From: a virus
Length of the DNA: 64,000 bases
Strand: one strand, 5' to 3'
IMG/VR virus record: IMGVR_UViG_3300035182_001904
Made by a program: the position numbers and the translations under genes
In this document: piece by piece, positions 46,171 to 54,605 of the stretch
How positions within the stretch are numbered: the stretch's first letter is position 1
Layout of the letters: every line of letters begins with the position of its first letter
Notes under the pieces: generated by a model
What the model was told of the DNA's origin: nothing
The model's database searches: none
The model's input: the letters and a program-made list of their open reading frames with translations, nothing else

Positions 46171-46374
46171 ATGCGGACGTGCCTCTACTCCATGTTCTCG
46201 ACCGAGCAGTGCCCGAAGGCACTCGCTTGGATGGCAGCGCTTTGCGCGGCCACGGGACACGGCGGTGACGCCGAGCAGTGGCTGGTCGAGCTGATCGAGG
46301 CGGTCGTGTTCGTCAAGACGCCTGCTGCTCTCGCAACCGTGCCGGCGCTCCGAGACACAGCAAGCATGTCGTGA
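46171..46374 (+). CDS. counter-oriented small ORF inside an HC3 array
   Basis: strong GC3 bias on the plus strand; no convincing minus-strand gene in 46112-46312. Confidence 0.4.
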   Translation: MRTCLYSMFSTEQCPKALAWMAALCAATGHGGDAEQWLVELIEAVVFVKTPAALATVPALRDTASMS

Positions 46375-46516
46375 AGACTATGGCGGGGTCCTGCTCGTCG
46401 GAGATGCACGGCCCGTAGTTACAGTGGCTGTTCTCCTCTTCACACAAGAAGATCGGCATCCGTGGACGACGGGTCTCGTGCACAACGCCGTTCGGGTCAC
46501 GATACCGCCGGCTCAC
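46313..46516 (-). CDS. HC3 family microprotein
   Basis: DPNGVVH..LCE..TTCLLC. Confidence 0.75.
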   Translation of the reverse strand: MSRRYRDPNGVVHETRRPRMPIFLCEEENSHCNYGPCISDEQDPAIVFTTCLLCLGAPARLREQQAS

Positions 46517-46713
46517 CGTGTACCTAAGCAGAGGATGCAGGTGACCGGCGTATCGTAGACCTGTTCCAACCCCATGAACGCCATGTTAGCGGTACCTGCT
46601 TCACACACGGTCAGGGAGTTCGCGCCGTAGCTACCCAACGTCATGTGGACGATCCCCGCCTTGTCGCGAAACGTCTGCAAGGCACGAGAAGCATGCGATG
46701 GGCGTGTCGTCAT
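46513..46713 (-). CDS. HC3 family microprotein (start uncertain)
   Basis: DKAGIVH..VCE..VTCILC. Confidence 0.72.
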   Translation of the reverse strand: MTTRPSHASRALQTFRDKAGIVHMTLGSYGANSLTVCEAGTANMAFMGLEQVYDTPVTCILCLGTR

Positions 46714-46846
46714 CGAGGACCTCCAGCTCTTCCAGGCCATAGAGAACGCCGCGGTTCTCGCAGGTCGTGTAGTGGGCACCGAAGGTGCCCTGGGTGCGGC
46801 TCGTCTCATGAACCACGCCGTGCGTGTCGCGAAGACGCTTCGTCAC
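46631..46846 (-). CDS. HC3 family microprotein
   Basis: DTHGVVH..TCE..IACFSC. Confidence 0.72.
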   Translation of the reverse strand: MTKRLRDTHGVVHETSRTQGTFGAHYTTCENRGVLYGLEELEVLDDDTPIACFSCLADVSRQGGDRPHDVG

Positions 46847-47223
46847 GAAGCCTCCGCGATGCACCAGAAGCAGTACATCGAGTCGTGTTCCCAGATCGCG
46901 TGGTCGTTGCCGATCTTCTCGAGGCCTTGCGCCAGCTCCTTCAGGGCCGTCGTGACCATGTCCGGGAAGTAGCCGTCCTCGTGCATGAAGTCCTTCTCGG
47001 ATTCGTACGAGCAGCCACCGAGGTAGTCGTCAGCCGTCAGGCCGCCGTACGAGACGGAGACCTTGATAGTGCACCACGCCCATTCGTTGCCACGTTCGAG
47101 CTGGTCTCGAACCCACACGACACACGCCTCGTCGTCGAAGTGTTTCGTGAAGTCGTCATACTCCGGCTCGAGGGTGTGCTTGATCGTCGCGAGCTTGCGG
47201 AGCTTCTCGAGGTCGATCTTCAT
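46843..47223 (-). CDS. phage hypothetical protein ending in an isolated CFWCIA tail
   Basis: WCTIKVSV..DYLGGCSY..GYFPDMV, then MYCFWCIAEAS. Confidence 0.65.
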   Translation of the reverse strand: MKIDLEKLRKLATIKHTLEPEYDDFTKHFDDEACVVWVRDQLERGNEWAWCTIKVSVSYGGLTADDYLGGCSYESEKDFMHEDGYFPDMVTTALKELAQGLEKIGNDHAIWEHDSMYCFWCIAEAS

Positions 47224-47660
47224 GGACGTCCTTTGATTTCGTAGGCGATGCAGTTGAAGCAGGTGACGACGTCGACAGCGGGGTACTGCGCAACCGCAGT
47301 CTCGATTCCGCACGCGAACTGAAACGTCGGATCCGACCACGAGATGCGCTTGAACGCTTGGTGGACCGTGCCTTCGTGTTCGACGAGCATCCTCTCGCCG
47401 TTGTCGTAGTCGCGAGCACGAACCTCAGACCCGCGCACGAGCCGATCAACAACGTCCCGCCCCATGACCTCGAGGGTTTCCTCGCTCGCGTACCACCCCC
47501 GCTTCACGTCTTCGGGGTGCATGTGCTGCTCTGCGTTGAAGGGGCTGATCTGTACAGCCCCACAATGGTTGCACATGCCAGCTGACACCTGCTGCATCCC
47601 CACGCCGTTGTCGACGAACTCCGCGTCCGTGTCGATTGACCCGCACCAGCCGCAGGTCAC
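47220..47660 (-). CDS. zinc ribbon plus C-terminal HC3 module
   Basis: CGWCG..CNHCG, then HEGTVH..ACG..VTCFNC. Confidence 0.72.
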   Translation of the reverse strand: MTCGWCGSIDTDAEFVDNGVGMQQVSAGMCNHCGAVQISPFNAEQHMHPEDVKRGWYASEETLEVMGRDVVDRLVRGSEVRARDYDNGERMLVEHEGTVHQAFKRISWSDPTFQFACGIETAVAQYPAVDVVTCFNCIAYEIKGRP

Positions 47661-47899
47661 CACTGGATGCACTGCATGCACGTGATCTCGGGCGCGACTT
47701 CGAGATCGTTGACCTGGCTCCCCTTCAACGCGCCGCAGTGACACATGAACTCGAGGCTTGCTCGGTAGTCCTTGTTCTCGTTGCGGGTGACGATGAGCAG
47801 GTGTGCAAGGCCGTCAGGGCCCTGCACGATCTCGTGGTCACCGAGTTGGGGCGGTGTACGAGCGCGCGCGAGGACTTCGCCGAGGGTCACTCGATCCAC
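47657..47899 (-). CDS. HC3 family microprotein
   Basis: GPDGLAH..MCHCG..ITCMQC. Confidence 0.75.
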   Translation of the reverse strand: MDRVTLGEVLARARTPPQLGDHEIVQGPDGLAHLLIVTRNENKDYRASLEFMCHCGALKGSQVNDLEVAPEITCMQCIQW

Positions 47900-48060
47900 T
47901 CTTTCTCGGGACTGACGGCCAACTCGTACTTGTCGTGGTCGAGGTTGATCGACATGCCGCGTGCGGTTCGCTCGGGGCTCGTCGTGGGTCCGACAGCGTG
48001 GATGGACTTGCGCGTCTTCTTGTCGATGACGTGGACGTACTCGAGCGCGGCTTTAGCCAT
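47887..48060 (-). CDS. small hypothetical protein (57 aa)
   Basis: manual translation MAKAALEYVHVIDKKTRKSIHAV. Confidence 0.5.
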   Translation of the reverse strand: MAKAALEYVHVIDKKTRKSIHAVGPTTSPERTARGMSINLDHDKYELAVSPEKEWIE

Positions 48061-48307
48061 GGGACTTCCTCCGGGTGTAGTTGACCTGTGCGCGTGTCTC
48101 GATCCAGATCCGTGCCCCGCACGGCAACGGCTTGTCGGGCCGGCTCACCAGCGCCGAAACACCTTTGATGTCGACGTGGTCGGCATAGACCGGCCCGGTG
48201 CTCGTCTGGATCGTGGTCAGTGGTCTATGTCCACCGTCTTTGCGGTTGGCGCGCAGGTTCTTCTGGTTGACGTGGATCCGCTTGATGCGGTTCTTCGGAA
48301 GTTTCAT
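48053..48307 (-). CDS. phage hypothetical protein
   Basis: KRIHVNQKNLRAN..PDKPLPCGARIWIET. Confidence 0.7.
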   Translation of the reverse strand: MKLPKNRIKRIHVNQKNLRANRKDGGHRPLTTIQTSTGPVYADHVDIKGVSALVSRPDKPLPCGARIWIETRAQVNYTRRKSHG

Positions 48308-48738
48308 CGACCGCGCTTCCTTTCGGCCTTGATGCGCATCCACTTGTTGTCGATGAGCTGTCGAGGAATGAACCAGTGCGTCTTCTGCTTCGTGATCAAC
48401 GCGCCACCTCCATCGCACGAATCCCAGCGAGGCTTGGAGCACGTGTTGGCCCAGTAAACCGCCACCGGCTCAACTGCAAGGTTACGGTGAACCAGCTCCT
48501 CGATAAACTGGACCGCGTGGTCGACACTCCCGTGTCCCTCGCTGTAGATCGTGAGCTTGGTAGCGTCCTCCCAGATGAAGTCGAAGTCGAAGCCGTGAGC
48601 CTCGAGGTCGTCGTAGCGTTGCAGCACGTCCAGCTCACCGCGGACGCGCATGCCTTCGTCCATCAGCTCCCGAACAGCGGGCTGCTTGCCTTTGCGAAGC
48701 AACACTTCGATCGAGAACTGGCAGTAGTAGTCAGCCAT
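48304..48738 (-). CDS. phage hypothetical protein
   Basis: MADYYCQFS..YWANTCSKPR..GGGALIT. Confidence 0.7.
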   Translation of the reverse strand: MADYYCQFSIEVLLRKGKQPAVRELMDEGMRVRGELDVLQRYDDLEAHGFDFDFIWEDATKLTIYSEGHGSVDHAVQFIEELVHRNLAVEPVAVYWANTCSKPRWDSCDGGGALITKQKTHWFIPRQLIDNKWMRIKAERKRGR

Positions 48739-49510
48739 CGACCATGTTCGGCATCTCATCGACGTCGTCGCAGACGACGCGATGCCGCTCCTGGTACTCC
48801 GCACGCGCGACCCGCAGCCGCAGCGCGTACGGCCAGATCTCCCGCGCGAGCGCGCACTGGTCCTCGTTGAGAGGGAACTCGGCGTTCGTGCTCACGAAGC
48901 CGTGGTTGGTGCGCACGAGCGATTCGGTGCGCTGCGCACCTTCGTAGTTCGTGAAGCAGATCGCGCCTGCCATGCCGTCGACTCGCTGCTTGAGCAGCTT
49001 GTCGATCGGGTCGACGCACGACCGCACCGCGGCTGCGGGCACCCGCAGGGTCTTGCCTACCGTGTTGACCAGCACGATCACGAAGCCCGGGTCCTGGATG
49101 GGTCCTCGATCAGCGCGGTAGCCGCAGGTGTTCAGCGCGCCGTTGTTCAGGCCCCGGCAGATGTTGGTCGCTTCGCCCGACCTCGACCAGATGCCGAGAT
49201 ACCACTGCCCCGCGTGGACCTCGTTGGTTCGCACGGTCATGTACTTCACGTCGAACGACTGGGCCTTCCGCGGCGTCGGCGTCGGATGCGTCGACCAGTG
49301 CTCGAGCAGCTCGACGCGGCGATGGCCGTGCTCCTTCGTGTAGAGGCTGGGCGCGTCCGCAGGCTCCATCGCCCAGGTCGTCCACTTGTCGGGGGTCTGG
49401 ACACTTTCGCTGGGTACCCGGTTGTACGTCGGGTCGTGGTCAGGCGCATCCCTGTCCGCGTAGCGCCAACAGACACCAGGCCTGTTCGCGACGTCCTTCA
49501 TTGTGATCAT
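48731..49510 (-). CDS. hypothetical protein
   Basis: 259-aa ORF with GC3 bias. Confidence 0.65.
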   Translation of the reverse strand: MITMKDVANRPGVCWRYADRDAPDHDPTYNRVPSESVQTPDKWTTWAMEPADAPSLYTKEHGHRRVELLEHWSTHPTPTPRKAQSFDVKYMTVRTNEVHAGQWYLGIWSRSGEATNICRGLNNGALNTCGYRADRGPIQDPGFVIVLVNTVGKTLRVPAAAVRSCVDPIDKLLKQRVDGMAGAICFTNYEGAQRTESLVRTNHGFVSTNAEFPLNEDQCALAREIWPYALRLRVARAEYQERHRVVCDDVDEMPNMVDG

Positions 49511-49565
49511 AGCGATGCTCTCCTGCGCGTCGTTGCCGACGCACGAAAATGGGGCATGTCCCCTG

Positions 49566-49934
49566 TTACTTGTCGCCGTGTCGGTCGATGAACTCGTCCA
49601 AGAACCGCCACGCAAGCTCCGCTTGCGCGACCGCCTCAGGGTCATCGAACTTCGTGTTCTTGATGAACAGCTCCATCGCCCGGGACACACATGCGCTCGC
49701 CTGCTTCAACGACTGCAGGTCGATCTCACGTGCAGATCCGGGGCGACGGGACATATCTAGTTTCCGAGAGGGTTTTCGTCGCGGCGGTGTAGCGACCACC
49801 GGCGTGTTGTCGCGCGTGGGTCCAGTTGGATGTAGAGGCTGCGTTTCCACAGGAAGAAGCGGGCGCACCCCTGCACCGTTTGCAGTGGCAGGTGGACCAC
49901 CAGCTTCTTCAACAACTGTTCGATCATTGCTCAA
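49566..49934 (-). CDS. hypothetical protein
   Basis: Pro-rich N-terminus, helical C-terminus. Confidence 0.5.
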   Translation of the reverse strand: MSNDRTVVEEAGGPPATANGAGVRPLLPVETQPLHPTGPTRDNTPVVATPPRRKPSRKLDMSRRPGSAREIDLQSLKQASACVSRAMELFIKNTKFDDPEAVAQAELAWRFLDEFIDRHGDK

Positions 49935-50106
49935 GACCCCTCCGGCGGAGGGTATAGCGGACCCAGGAGCCTGCGATCAAGAACGGATACATCGGCCAGG
50001 CAAGCGCACCCGGGATCGCCCGATGCCACGGACCTGCCTTGAGCGCCAGTGCAGCGATGCCGATTCCGGTGCTGACGCCAAGCCAGACGCTCAGGAGGGC
50101 CTTCAT
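49924..50106 (-). CDS. small membrane protein
   Basis: two hydrophobic segments. Confidence 0.55.
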   Translation of the reverse strand: MKALLSVWLGVSTGIGIAALALKAGPWHRAIPGALAWPMYPFLIAGSWVRYTLRRRGLEQ

Positions 50107-50502
50107 TGCGGCTTCTTCCAACGCCCAGTGACCATCTCCCACGACTTCACCTGCGCGTTGTTATGGTGGTCGAGGAACGTCTTGTGTGTTTCGAACACGG
50201 TCTTCTTGTCCTGCTCCATCGTCGGGAAGGCTCGGTCACGTGAACGCTTGCACATGTTCGCGCTCAAAATCAACACACCTGCGCACGTGTTGCCGACGCT
50301 GCCGGCGTTCCACTTCTCGAGCCATGCCGGGTCAGCGACCGTAGCCGTCTTTTCGCCAACGATCCGAGGTCTCGATGAGCGCATGCCCTAGCTCATGAGC
50401 AGGGCCCCATGTATCTGCGCACTCTATCAGGTGCGGCCAACGGGCTTTCTTTGGACACCACGCGACCGCTAGTTCATAGATGTCGCCGAGCGTCAGCGTC
50501 AT
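50103..50502 (-). pseudogene. HExxH protein broken by an out-of-frame junction near 50340
   Basis: GPAHELGHALIE..DGYGR-stop; the downstream frame ends in an ATGA overlap with the next gene. Confidence 0.45.
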
Positions 50503-50702
50503 GGTCCTTTGTACTCTTTGAGCCCGTAGTGGAGCCGGACCTTCTCGAGCGCGGCTTCCGTCTTGGGGTCGATGCACATCATCGATGCCATGGCACGGTC
50601 ATAGACCATCTGCAGCGCCTTGAGCGGCGTGTATGCGTTCTTGGACTTCACATCCACTCCTTGTACCAGGCAGTGATGCCCAGCTTTCGAGCCGCGTCGC
50701 AA
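50499..50702 (-). CDS. small hypothetical protein
   Basis: coupled ORF. Confidence 0.45.
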   Translation of the reverse strand: MRRGSKAGHHCLVQGVDVKSKNAYTPLKALQMVYDRAMASMMCIDPKTEAALEKVRLHYGLKEYKGP

Positions 50703-50830
50703 TCACCGTGCCCGCAGCGTTTTCCCTTGCACGGAAAGAACGTTCCGCAGAAGTTGCACTTCTCGAACTTGTCGTCGCGCAACTTCGTCCAGACGTGCTT
50801 GCTGTTCGAGCACAGTTTGACGCGCGGCAT
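50648..50830 (-). CDS. small Cys-rich protein
   Basis: CSNSKH..CNFCG..FPCKGKRCGHGDC. Confidence 0.55.
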   Translation of the reverse strand: MPRVKLCSNSKHVWTKLRDDKFEKCNFCGTFFPCKGKRCGHGDCDAARKLGITAWYKEWM

Positions 50831-50831
50831 G

Positions 50832-51104
50832 TCAGGGCTTCTTGGTAGCGTAGCTGATCAGCCAGGGCTCCACGAGATGCCCCACCGTCTCCATGATGTC
50901 CTTGGCCTCGCTCTCCTTCTTGATCGTCGCTTCGATGGACATGTTGTCGATGCGTGCTTTGACCTTGTAGCTCGTCGGTGTGTACGAGAGCACGAGAGTC
51001 CCGACGTCGCACTTGTCGGGGAACTCGTAGCCCTTGATGCGCTCGACGTCGAGCGAGCGGCGCACCTGTTCAGCGAACTTCTTCACGACCTCAGTCTTGT
51101 CCAT
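50832..51104 (-). CDS. hypothetical protein
   Basis: 90-aa ORF with GC3 bias. Confidence 0.6.
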   Translation of the reverse strand: MDKTEVVKKFAEQVRRSLDVERIKGYEFPDKCDVGTLVLSYTPTSYKVKARIDNMSIEATIKKESEAKDIMETVGHLVEPWLISYATKKP

Positions 51105-51357
51105 CTCGGTAACCTCCTGCGATGCACACGATGCACGTGGGCGCGTCTTCTGTGAGCTTGTTGCGGCCATAGGGATAGATCTTGGCGCGACGACCACACA
51201 CCGCAATGACGACGTGTGCGGTTGGCATCTCGTCACCGTACATGTTGACTTGCCGTGCCTGCTGCTCGTCCTTCGCGACGATGTGGACCATGTCCCAGCG
51301 CTTGACGTTCAGAACCGACTCCTGGTGTCGCCCAGGATCGCCGATCCCCAACACCAC
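51091..51357 (-). CDS. HC3 family protein
   Basis: WDMVH..PTAH..VCG..PTCIVC. Confidence 0.65.
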   Translation of the reverse strand: MVLGIGDPGRHQESVLNVKRWDMVHIVAKDEQQARQVNMYGDEMPTAHVVIAVCGRRAKIYPYGRNKLTEDAPTCIVCIAGGYRDGQD

Positions 51358-52136
51358 ACTGTCGGGATGTGCATCGGCTTACCGCCGAAGTATTTCCCGC
51401 CGCCGCTGACGTGGAACTCGTTGCTGCCGTAGTTCTTGAAGATGTCGATGAGGGCGACGTCGGCTTCGAGGGTCCACAGCACGTCGCGAGCATCACCGAC
51501 GATGACCTCGAGCTTGTGGCGGTAGGCATCGATGCCCGGCACGCGCGGCAGAATCCAGTCGACCAGCTCCTGCGAGCGCTCGACCAGCGTGACCTTCTTG
51601 ACCGTGCGCTTCTTGAGCGCTTCCATGAGGCCCCAGCCCAGGCCAAGTCCGGCCACTACGGTGTGTCCCTTCGCGAGACGTGTTCCGGGGCGCTGCGTGA
51701 TGATCTCCATCGGCGTGATGGACATCCACGGCTCCTCGCGCCACAGGCCGTCAGGCCGCTTCTCGTGCAGGGTCGGGAAGCTCACCAGCCCATCGAAGTA
51801 GACGTTTCCGCGCTTGGAGCCCCGCAGCGTGGCCAGGCCCGTCTTGTACGGGAGGGTCCGCAGACAGTAGAGGAACTGCCCGCTCGGCGAGGGCATGAAC
51901 TTGCCCTCGGGCTCCGTCTCGTGGTTGGCGTTGTTGCGCAGCGTCGGCTGCACGTCGAAGAGGTTCCACGCGGGCCACGACGCCGCCTTGAGCGTCAGGC
52001 TCTTCTTCCACGGGGTCGTCGGCGTCCAGTCGACCGCGGTCGCCATACGCTCCGTCATCACCTTGTCGCGGAGTTTGTCTTGGTACGCGCGCGTCTTAGG
52101 GTCGACCAAGAAATCGAAGCCCAGAAATCTGTACAT
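51309..52136 (-). CDS. class I SAM-dependent methyltransferase (spermidine-synthase-like fold)
   Basis: VVAGLGLGWG, VTLVERSQELVD, VIVGDA, DVALIDIF. Confidence 0.75.
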   Translation of the reverse strand: MYRFLGFDFLVDPKTRAYQDKLRDKVMTERMATAVDWTPTTPWKKSLTLKAASWPAWNLFDVQPTLRNNANHETEPEGKFMPSPSGQFLYCLRTLPYKTGLATLRGSKRGNVYFDGLVSFPTLHEKRPDGLWREEPWMSITPMEIITQRPGTRLAKGHTVVAGLGLGWGLMEALKKRTVKKVTLVERSQELVDWILPRVPGIDAYRHKLEVIVGDARDVLWTLEADVALIDIFKNYGSNEFHVSGGGKYFGGKPMHIPTVWCWGSAILGDTRSRF

Positions 52137-52154
52137 GTTTGGTCCTTTGAGATG

Positions 52155-52337
52155 TCATTTGCATCCGACGACCATCGCACCGCCGATCGTGACGGGATGG
52201 CTTCCGGAACCGCCGCAGGCGTCTTGTACAGACTGCCCATGGGTTGGAGAAAGGCACTGCGCGAGTGCCGCGATAGCGAACAACACTGCCACGATGATGG
52301 CGGCGTCATTGGGTTTGTGATGTGACGGCTTCTTCAC
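52155..52337 (-). CDS. small secreted or lipoprotein candidate
   Basis: hydrophobic AAIIVAVLFAIAALAQC. Confidence 0.45.
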   Translation of the reverse strand: MKKPSHHKPNDAAIIVAVLFAIAALAQCLSPTHGQSVQDACGGSGSHPVTIGGAMVVGCK

Positions 52338-52591
52338 GTCAGCTCGATCGGGGCACCCGCAGCGACCTTTGCGATGACACCCATGATGGCCTCGAATGCA
52401 CAGTTGCCCAGCTCACGCCACTCGAGGCAGTCCCAGACGAGGATTTCGACCCAATCCCAGTCAGAGCTGTTCCGCTCGTAAACGTTGACCTGTGTGAACA
52501 GGTTGTCGCCCTTGTCGCCGGTCACACGGTTCTTGTCGTTCTCGATGATGACGAACGTCTCACCGTCCCAGAAGTTGCCGCGGACCGTCAC
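52334..52591 (-). CDS. hypothetical protein
   Basis: GTGA-coupled ORF. Confidence 0.55.
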   Translation of the reverse strand: MTVRGNFWDGETFVIIENDKNRVTGDKGDNLFTQVNVYERNSSDWDWVEILVWDCLEWRELGNCAFEAIMGVIAKVAAGAPIELT

Positions 52592-52872
52592 CGCGCCCTC
52601 CGCAGCTGTCCGTTGATCGCCATGTCGAGGTCCGCGTCGAACTGCGCACAGTGGTTGGCGAGGTCGCGGCACTCCTTGGCGAGGTTGTGGGCCAGCAGGC
52701 CGTACCGGTCACGTTCAGCGCTCGCGGCATCCAGCTCACGGAGCTTCACGGCAAGCGCCTGCCGCGCAAACGCGGCCCGGTCCGCGTGCTCCGCCACGAC
52801 GAGGGCGGTCGCGAAGTCGTTCCCGCTACCTCCGTGGATTGAACCAGGCCCCCGTGTCGCGGAGGCGGACAC
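52588..52872 (-). CDS. coiled-coil hypothetical protein (5' end possibly frameshifted from an ATG at 52906)
   Basis: helical ORF; the ATG overlapping the HNH stop codon is in a different frame. Confidence 0.45.
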   Translation of the reverse strand: MSASATRGPGSIHGGSGNDFATALVVAEHADRAAFARQALAVKLRELDAASAERDRYGLLAHNLAKECRDLANHCAQFDADLDMAINGQLRRAR

Positions 52873-52902
52873 GCAACATGTCTGGTCTGTCAGTGACGCT
52901 GT

Positions 52903-53412
52903 TCATACGTGTTTCCATTGTTGACGTTGAATGATGACGGTGACCTGTTTGGTACTGACACCAAAACGCTTAGCGATGACACGGTGCAAGTCGCCGCGTA
53001 CACCCGCAGCACGGATAGCCAACACCTTTTTAACCGTGAGCTTTGAACGGACGTGTGCTTCACCCTTGGGAGGGTTACCGCGCCCTTTGCGGTGCATGTC
53101 TAGACAGTTGTCTAGAGTTGTTCCCTTGAATAGATGTGCGGGGCGCACGCACCACGGACGGTCACATTTGTGGAGCGCTTTCTTCTTGCCCAATGGGCCA
53201 CAGTGCAGTTCCCACATCACCCGATGCGCCAGGCAGTACCTGTGCTCGCGCGGTGCGAACGAGATGCAGATCTGGCCATACCCGTTCTTGAAACGTTTGC
53301 CGGTCCATTCCCAGCAACCGTCAGGGCGCTTTTTCACCTTCTGCATGAGGCGGGCAAGGCGTTCCGCAGGGGCGATGTCTACCCACGCGTAGTTGGGACG
53401 CCGTCCACGCAT
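52903..53412 (-). CDS. HNH homing endonuclease with C-terminal HTH
   Basis: GCWEWTG..GYGQI..AHRVMWELH..LHKCDRPWCVRPAHL. Confidence 0.88.
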   Translation of the reverse strand: MRGRRPNYAWVDIAPAERLARLMQKVKKRPDGCWEWTGKRFKNGYGQICISFAPREHRYCLAHRVMWELHCGPLGKKKALHKCDRPWCVRPAHLFKGTTLDNCLDMHRKGRGNPPKGEAHVRSKLTVKKVLAIRAAGVRGDLHRVIAKRFGVSTKQVTVIIQRQQWKHV

Positions 53413-53816
53413 CAGCGTCGCTCGAGTTCAGTTCGCTCCTTGACCAGGTCACGATTGAGCGCGGCTTCTTCGGTGAAGCCATTCGGGTAGCGTGCACGGA
53501 GCTTGGCGATCCCGCGTTCCATTGCTTCTTCCATCGAGAAGCCCGCCGCGTCCAAGCAGAGGGACACGTACCACATGACGTCGAAGCACTCCTCCATCAC
53601 GTTCGTGAGGTCCAGTGATTTTCCGTACACCAGGTGCTTCTTCACCATGTCCTGAAGCTCACCGGCTTCGGTGCACACCCCAATCATGCCGTGAAGCAGC
53701 CGCGCCACTCGGCGGTCATGGTCACCAGGCGTCTGAGACGTCGCGGCGGGCATGTTCACGAAGGCAGGCGTGACCTCGGTCCGTAGGCAGAGCTTCTGAA
53801 ATTCGTTTGGCGTCAT
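53412..53816 (-). CDS. MazG-like nucleotide pyrophosphohydrolase
   Basis: LLHGMIGVCTEAGELQDMVKK..EECFDVMWY..NIAKL-type ending GIAKLRARYPNGF. Confidence 0.85.
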   Translation of the reverse strand: MTPNEFQKLCLRTEVTPAFVNMPAATSQTPGDHDRRVARLLHGMIGVCTEAGELQDMVKKHLVYGKSLDLTNVMEECFDVMWYVSLCLDAAGFSMEEAMERGIAKLRARYPNGFTEEAALNRDLVKERTELERR

Positions 53817-53863
53817 CGTCCGTTGATACCATGCCTGTATCCTGCTTCGTCAACGCGATAAAC

Positions 53864-54148
53864 CTAGCCTTTGACTTCGGGAAGCAGGGCGTGAATCTTC
53901 GCGGCCCACTCGGCGTTGAATCGTGCTTGCGCGGTGTGTTCGTCGGCCCGCACCTTCTCGAGCTGCGCGAGGAGTTTCTTCCCCGCCTCGATCGGCATGA
54001 TCTTGATGGGCACGAACCACATGTGCCCGTACTCCTTGGTGCGCACGACCCCGTCGGGACGCATCTCGACGACGGTGCCACCGAGCACGAACGGGAACGA
54101 GCGGTACTTCCAGAACGCGAACAGGCCCGTGATCTTCTTGGTCGTCAT
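53864..54148 (-). CDS. hypothetical protein
   Basis: GLFAFWKYRSFPFVLGG. Confidence 0.65.
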   Translation of the reverse strand: MTTKKITGLFAFWKYRSFPFVLGGTVVEMRPDGVVRTKEYGHMWFVPIKIMPIEAGKKLLAQLEKVRADEHTAQARFNAEWAAKIHALLPEVKG

Positions 54149-54603
54149 TTCATTCCTCGCAACTGCGCTTCAGCACCAAGAACCTCGAGCCACTCACGCC
54201 AGTCGTCCTTGAAGTGCTCTTCGTCGCGGATGAGCTTCTTGATCGAGTTGACCAAGTGCTGATCGTCCATTTCGAACGGGTACAGCTGCCGAGCATCCTT
54301 GGTGACCCACTTCCCCAGCTGCATCGTCTCCTCGCGGACGTAACCGTCGACGCACGCCGGGCAGCCCTTGCAGAGCATGCACTGCAGGCACGTCGGACCT
54401 TTGTAGACGACGAACTGAGGTCCGAAGCGTGTCTTGCAGCACGTCACGTAGGCGTCGGCGCCGTAGCACCAGCCACACACGTGCACCAAGCCATCGCCGT
54501 CGTGGTGCTGCATGAAGCTACGGTTGACTCGATAGGGCGGGTCGAACGATCCCTTGATGACACTGTCACGCGTTCTGACGCCGCTCGAGAGGGTGTTGGC
54601 CAC
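54145..54603 (-). CDS. HC3 module fused to a C-terminal W.TK-MDD.HL domain
   Basis: DGDGLVH..TCCK..PTCLQC, then WVTKD..EMDDQHLVNSIKKL. Confidence 0.7.
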   Translation of the reverse strand: MANTLSSGVRTRDSVIKGSFDPPYRVNRSFMQHHDGDGLVHVCGWCYGADAYVTCCKTRFGPQFVVYKGPTCLQCMLCKGCPACVDGYVREETMQLGKWVTKDARQLYPFEMDDQHLVNSIKKLIRDEEHFKDDWREWLEVLGAEAQLRGMK

Positions 54604-54605
54604 GG

